This document shows positions 37,518 to 40,953 of a stretch of DNA of 40,953 nt, one piece after another. The translations under genes were made by a program, and so were the position numbers. This DNA is from Bacillota bacterium. GTDB lineage: Bacteria; Bacillota; Dethiobacteria; DTU022; UBA8154. The DNA lies in assembly GCA_012798895.1 (NCBI GenBank), contig JAAZMI010000039.1:1-40953 (forward strand), given 5' to 3'. Each line of letters starts with the position of its first letter. The first letter of the stretch is position 1. The notes under the pieces are model-generated. The model worked only from the letters and a program-made list of their open reading frames with translations. It did not search any database and was not told where the DNA came from.

Positions 37518-38675
37518 TCAGATCAAGTATTTTTGAATCTGCACCGCCCTCTCCAGATCCCGTTCATAGGGACTTAATTCCGCCCCTTTAAGATACTGCA
37601 GGCAGCCGGGCTGCGTAAGAACCAAAAGTTCGTTGAGCGCTTTTAAAGAAATTCTTTTCAAAAGGCCCAGATCCACCCCCAGGCGAGCATCCGAAAGCAG
37701 CTTCATGGTTTCCTGGGAATCAAGCATGTAGGCATGCTTTAAAATACCAAAAGCCCTGCCCGCCCTGTCGGCAAGTTTTTCCCGGCCTTCATTTTGCAGA
37801 AGCTCCCGGGCTTTTTTTTCCTGGTTGATTAACTGCTTGGTGACACCATAGAGATTTTGCCATATCTCTTCCTCGGATTGACCGAGGGTAACCTGGTTTG
37901 AGAGCTGTAATATATTGCCGATCATCTCCGTCCCTTCGCCATACAGGCCCCTGACCGCCAGGCCGACTTGATTGATCGCCGAAAAAATGCGTTTGATCTG
38001 ATTGGTAATAACCAACGCCGGCAGATGCAGCATCACAGAAGACCGCATCCCTGTGCCCACATTTGTCGGACAAGCCGTCAGGTAACCCTTCTCTTCATGG
38101 AAAGCATAATCGATCTGGCTTTCCAAAAAATCATCATACCGGGAAGCCTCCTGCCAGGCCCTCTCCAACTGCAAACCCGGCAATAGACACTGTATACGGA
38201 AATGATCTTCTTCGTTAATCATAATACTAATAATTTCATCTTCTCGCAGGAGCAAGGCACTAAAGTAGCCTTCCTTGGCTAAAAGAGGGCTAATCAGATG
38301 TTTTTCGACTAAAACCTGGCGAAACACCGGCGAAAGAGAGCTAGTCTCGATCATCTTTAATTTATCTTTTTTTCCCAGTTTGCCCTGAACATTTTTTTCG
38401 ACAAGCGTGTAAACTTTTTTGCGCTGTTCATCAGAAGCCAAAGGGGGAAAGGGAATGTTGCGGATGTTTCTGGCCAGCCTAACCCGGCTGCTGATTACAA
38501 TCTCCGCCTCAGGCCCCTGCCCTTCCATCCATTTGCTGGTTATCTCCTTTTTCTTCTCTTCTTGCAATCTATCCTCTTCCCGGTTGGCCTTCATAATTTC
38601 ATCCAGCGGATTTCTGTACCCGGCATTCTGTGGTGTAATTTTTTCCTGATCTCCGGATCCAGCCTCATCGAACAT
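37518..38675 (-). CDS. mcsB: protein arginine kinase McsB
   Basis: ATP:guanido phosphotransferase domain (VISSRVRLARNI, NEEDHFRIQ, CPTNVGTGMRSS). I prefer ATG 38675 (GGGGGTGA 5 nt upstream, 11-nt overlap with mcsA) over ATG 38702. Confidence 0.9.
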   Translation of the reverse strand: MFDEAGSGDQEKITPQNAGYRNPLDEIMKANREEDRLQEEKKKEITSKWMEGQGPEAEIVISSRVRLARNIRNIPFPPLASDEQRKKVYTLVEKNVQGKLGKKDKLKMIETSSLSPVFRQVLVEKHLISPLLAKEGYFSALLLREDEIISIMINEEDHFRIQCLLPGLQLERAWQEASRYDDFLESQIDYAFHEEKGYLTACPTNVGTGMRSSVMLHLPALVITNQIKRIFSAINQVGLAVRGLYGEGTEMIGNILQLSNQVTLGQSEEEIWQNLYGVTKQLINQEKKARELLQNEGREKLADRAGRAFGILKHAYMLDSQETMKLLSDARLGVDLGLLKRISLKALNELLVLTQPGCLQYLKGAELSPYERDLERAVQIQKYLI

Positions 38676-39207
38676 GATCTTCACCCCCTTCAGCAGATTC
38701 ATTTTCCAACTGACGTATCTTATCCCTCAACACTGCAGCCTCTTCGAAAGCTTCTGCAGCCACTTTTTCATTAAGCTCTTGACGCAACTGTTCGATTTCT
38801 CTTTTTAGACGGACGTAAGAACCGACCCTGGCCGGAATTTTACCTCTGTGTTTCTGGTTACCATGTAGGCGACGTAAAAGAGGAAGCAGATTTTGCCCGA
38901 AAGCCTCGTAACACTGTGCACAGCCAAAACGCCCCACCTGACAAAATTGGGTATAAGTTAAGCCGCATACCGGGCACTGCAATCCGCTGTAACCCTTGGA
39001 TACAACCGCCTTGGAACTATCGGGAGGTAAAAAATTCATTAAACCCGAAAAAAATTGCTGTAAAGGAAATTTCCCTTCCCAGGAAGCCCCCGTCTCCCCC
39101 TTTTCCCGGGCACAGTCCTCGCATAGGTAATACTCTGATTTGTTGCCATTAACAATCTTTGTCACGTGAACAGTAGCGTTTTTTTTCCCACATCTTTCAC
39201 AGAGCAT
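38665..39207 (-). CDS. mcsA: McsA (zinc-finger + UVR motif activator of McsB)
   Basis: CERCGKKNATVHV...CEDC and CPVCG...CAQC zinc fingers, plus the C-terminal UVR motif EEAAVLRDKIRQLE. I prefer ATG 39207 (MLCERCG) over the track's GTG 39255, but its SD is weak. Confidence 0.85.
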   Translation of the reverse strand: MLCERCGKKNATVHVTKIVNGNKSEYYLCEDCAREKGETGASWEGKFPLQQFFSGLMNFLPPDSSKAVVSKGYSGLQCPVCGLTYTQFCQVGRFGCAQCYEAFGQNLLPLLRRLHGNQKHRGKIPARVGSYVRLKREIEQLRQELNEKVAAEAFEEAAVLRDKIRQLENESAEGGEDHVR

Positions 39208-39300
39208 CTTCCCCGGCCCATTGATGTTTTTCTCCGCATCCCGGGCCGGCTTCACCTCCTTGCCATTTTAAGGGCATGCCAAAAAATATTATAAATTCAT

Positions 39301-39756
39301 TTATACCAATACCATAAGCATCTCTTTAAGCATTTTGCCCCTCAGTTTATCTCTAAGTGATTCGTCCTTTATCAATTGCAGGCTGCCCAAAGAAGCCTCT
39401 ATTAATCTGGATTCACGGAAGGAGATAAACTTTGATTCATAAAGCCTTAGAATCAAGTCTTTAGCCTTTTTGCTTCCAATCCCATTATCTGCAGCCTCCT
39501 GAAAAAACATAGCCAAAATATTTTCTACCGGCAAATGTATCCGGCGAATCCGGAGAAAACCCCGCCCTCCTCTTTTGCTTTCTACCATATAACCCCTTTC
39601 GAGGGTAAAACGTGTCTCCAGAACATAATTTACCTGAGAGGGAACACAACTAAACTTGCTGGCCAGCTCTTTCCTCCGGATATCAATAAAACCGGCCGTG
39701 CTTAATTTAAGAAGTTTTTTCAGGTATTCCTCCATATTATTGGAAAGATTGCTCAT
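39301..39756 (-). CDS. ctsR: class III stress gene repressor CtsR
   Basis: KFSCVPSQVNYVLETRFTLERGYMVESKRGGRGFLRI is the CtsR winged-HTH plus glycine-rich loop. ATG 39756 (MSNLSNNMEEYLKKLL) aligns with the B. subtilis N-terminus. The track start is 39768. Confidence 0.92.
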   Translation of the reverse strand: MSNLSNNMEEYLKKLLKLSTAGFIDIRRKELASKFSCVPSQVNYVLETRFTLERGYMVESKRGGRGFLRIRRIHLPVENILAMFFQEAADNGIGSKKAKDLILRLYESKFISFRESRLIEASLGSLQLIKDESLRDKLRGKMLKEMLMVLV

Positions 39757-39837
39757 TATTTTCACCATTTCATTCCTATTAGCATCTGCGCTGCCAAGAT
39801 CTTTATACTATCACCATGACCCTAAAGATGCATTGTC

Positions 39838-39853
39838 CTGACCATCTTTGACC
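39838..39853 (-). promoter_or_regulatory. CtsR operator (heptad direct repeat)
   Basis: The minus strand reads A-GGTCAAA-GAT-GGTCAGG, against the consensus (A/G)GTCAAA-NAN-(A/G)GTCAAA. It lies about 80 nt upstream of ctsR. Confidence 0.75.
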
Positions 39854-39865
39854 TTAGCTGATACT

Positions 39866-39896
39866 ATTATACCCCGACCAGAGGGGAGGAATGCAA
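39866..39896 (-). promoter_or_regulatory. candidate sigma-A promoter of the ctsR operon
   Basis: Perfect TATAAT (39871-39866, minus strand) 12 nt upstream of the CtsR box, so the operator would cover the transcription start. The only -35-like hexamer is TTGCAT (39896-39891), at a long 19-nt spacing. Confidence 0.3.
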
Positions 39897-40103
39897 ACCC
39901 CATTTTTACCTCTTACAAGCCTGTACTAAATGCTGCATAGGATAGTATAAGATTACCTAGGGTTTATGCAACCCTTCATTGTATTGCTCTCTATTACATC
40001 CATTATAAAATCGATCTACCTTATATATTGCACTTAAACTTCCTTAAGGTGAATAAAGGTTAGAAAATCCAAAAACACGGGACACATTATTTAGTTTATT
40101 ATG

Positions 40104-40445
40104 TTATCTCTGCTGGAAATACCATTCTTCCAGTTCCCTAAATGTGGGCACTTTTTTACCTCTTTGACAGACAGTCCTGAGCGCCCGGACATAGAGCACT
40201 TGATAAAAATAAAAATAGGAACTACAGGTTCCACAAAGTTGTGACCAGATATTTTCCTGCCTCCAACAATGAAAAAGAAGATGCGTGCACTTAGAACAAG
40301 GTTTCCAGCGGTAAGCAAAAACCCATTCCCAGAAACGCTCTTGAAATACTTGGAGGTTTTCTTCCAGTTTTTTTCTTTTTACCGCCTGGAGGTTAATTAC
40401 CTTCACATCTATACCCCTTTTGTTAGGTTTTTCCATCCATTTCAA
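40104..40445 (-). CDS. doubtful ORF: hypothetical 113-aa protein with CxxC...CxxC
   Basis: This is the only sizeable ORF in the AT-rich block. It contains KPCSKC...LCGTC. No family recognised, no convincing SD, and competing overlapping ORFs exist in other frames. Confidence 0.25.
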   Translation of the reverse strand: MKWMEKPNKRGIDVKVINLQAVKRKKLEENLQVFQERFWEWVFAYRWKPCSKCTHLLFHCWRQENIWSQLCGTCSSYFYFYQVLYVRALRTVCQRGKKVPTFRELEEWYFQQR

Positions 40446-40519
40446 TTTAATTATGCAGCATCGATCTCTTCTATTTTATCCGGTTATAGTGTTCTCATAC
40501 ACATTTTACCGGGTCCTAA

Positions 40520-40700
40520 ATGAACAAAGGCCTCCTGCAAGGCAGGAAGCCCAGAAGCTTCTACGGCATAGCATCGGGGGAAAAGCCGGCCAGGCCGAAA
40601 AAAACTATATTAATGGAGACTTTGACATACTCCCCACGGCTAAATCCGGGGGATTCTAACGCCATAAAAGTTTGCCTGCCGGAGCAGGCCTTACAACTTC
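40520..40700 (-). ncRNA. possible omega-RNA (reRNA) scaffold region of the tnpB element
   Basis: Consecutive hairpins on the tnpB-sense strand: GCCTGC/GCAGGC (40674-40689), CCCCACGG/CCGGGGG (40632-40652), CGGC/GCCG (40587-40597), GAAGC/GCTTC (40546-40561) and CCTGC/GCAGG (40534-40546). TnpB guide RNAs are known to be encoded across the 3' end of tnpB and the right end. Confidence 0.3.
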
Positions 40701-40953
40701 TCCTTTAAGAGTTGATGTCCCAACTCTGTGTATATTGGTAGCAGCGTTCTCATCCCAGATGCAACGGGGACGGTTCCCGCTGAGATGCAACGGGGACGGT
40801 TCCCGCTGCATGGCCTTTGATGCAAAGGGGACGGTTCCCGTTGCATGGCCGTTAAGTTCAGATCCTCGATACAGATAGTAGCATACTTTTCGGCCAACTC
40901 TTTAGCCAGTTTGAAGTGAAAATCCTTTCTTTGATTGGCAATACGCTTATGGC
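40656..40953 (-). pseudogene. tnpB: tnpB (IS605 OrfB-type RNA-guided nuclease) remnant with internal deletion and frameshift
   Basis: From the window edge the minus strand reads HKRIANQRKDFHFKLAKELAEKYATICIEDLNLTAMQ, the RuvC-II (IEDLN) region. After 83 nt of hairpin repeats, a different frame reads WDENAATNIHRVGTSTLKGEVVRPAPAGKLLWR*, the RuvC-III (D-x-NAA-x-NI) tail. The roughly 100 aa that normally lie between them, including the zinc finger, are missing. Confidence 0.6.
40757..40850. repeat. three tandem GC-rich hairpin-forming repeats
   Basis: AGATGCAACGGGGACGGTTCCCGCTG occurs at 40757-40782 and again, perfectly, at 40783-40808. A diverged copy GATGCAAAGGGGACGGTTCCCGTTGCAT lies at 40819-40846. 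GCATGGCC flanks it at 40808-40815 and 40843-40850. Confidence 0.9.

Larger units (their letters stand above)
40520..40953 (-). mobile_element. right-end portion of an IS200/IS605-family (tnpB-carrying, IS1341-like) element; continues beyond the window
   Basis: It contains tnpB-derived coding sequence and a hairpin-rich tail typical of the tnpB 3' end and right end. The left boundary near 40520 is only an estimate. Confidence 0.55.

Noticed and set aside
40481-40512. Imperfect hairpin CCGGT...ACCGG, considered as the IS right-end subterminal hairpin and boundary.
   Set aside because: Only the outer 5 bp and an inner GTGT/ACAC pair. Without an intact reference copy the right-end boundary cannot be placed, so it is mentioned only as a possibility.
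40757-40850. Possible CRISPR array, given three direct repeats of about 26 nt.
   Set aside because: The spacing between units is 0-10 nt rather than about 30-40 nt. There are only three units, they lie inside a tnpB remnant, and no cas genes are present in the window.

Overview
Chromosomal segment of an anaerobic, spore-forming Firmicute (Clostridia-type). The gene content fits an acetogen, syntroph or sulfate reducer, but I cannot name the taxon from sequence alone. Almost everything is encoded on the minus strand. Reading the minus strand from high to low coordinates: (1) the right end of a degraded IS200/IS605-family tnpB element (40.5-40.95 kb); (2) an AT-rich, gene-poor block; (3) the class III stress operon ctsR-mcsA-mcsB-clpC with a CtsR operator; (4) a complete carbonyl-branch Wood-Ljungdahl operon, cooC-acsA(cooS)-acsB-acsC-acsD-acsE-metV-metF, bracketed by two strong terminators; (5) a 428-nt spacer holding a GC-rich structured element I cannot assign; (6) yhaM, a TPR/HTH protein, yjbQ and a plus-strand M23 peptidase; (7) a DUF3786-like gene fused onto pyrB-pyrC-pyrK-pyrD-pyrF; (8) an orphan hydrogenase maturation protease, nfo, a plus-strand Cys-rich small protein and carD; (9) yacL-ispD-ispF-cysS-thyX-rlmB-sigH-tRNA-Gly(CCC). 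The left end carries yqeB (minus strand) and a plus-strand module of Fe-alcohol dehydrogenase, GAF/PAS histidine kinase and sigma-54 response regulator. Most of the window is ordinary housekeeping DNA. The parts worth a second look are the unassigned structured RNA candidate at 24.3-24.5 kb, the gutted tnpB with tandem hairpin repeats and a retained omega-RNA-like tail at 40.5-40.95 kb, and several odd gene placements. Several ORF-track starts are non-ATG first codons that look over-extended, so I give revised starts where a Shine-Dalgarno (SD) sequence and family N-termini support them. No computation or database search was run. All family calls rest on motifs read in the translated ORFs.
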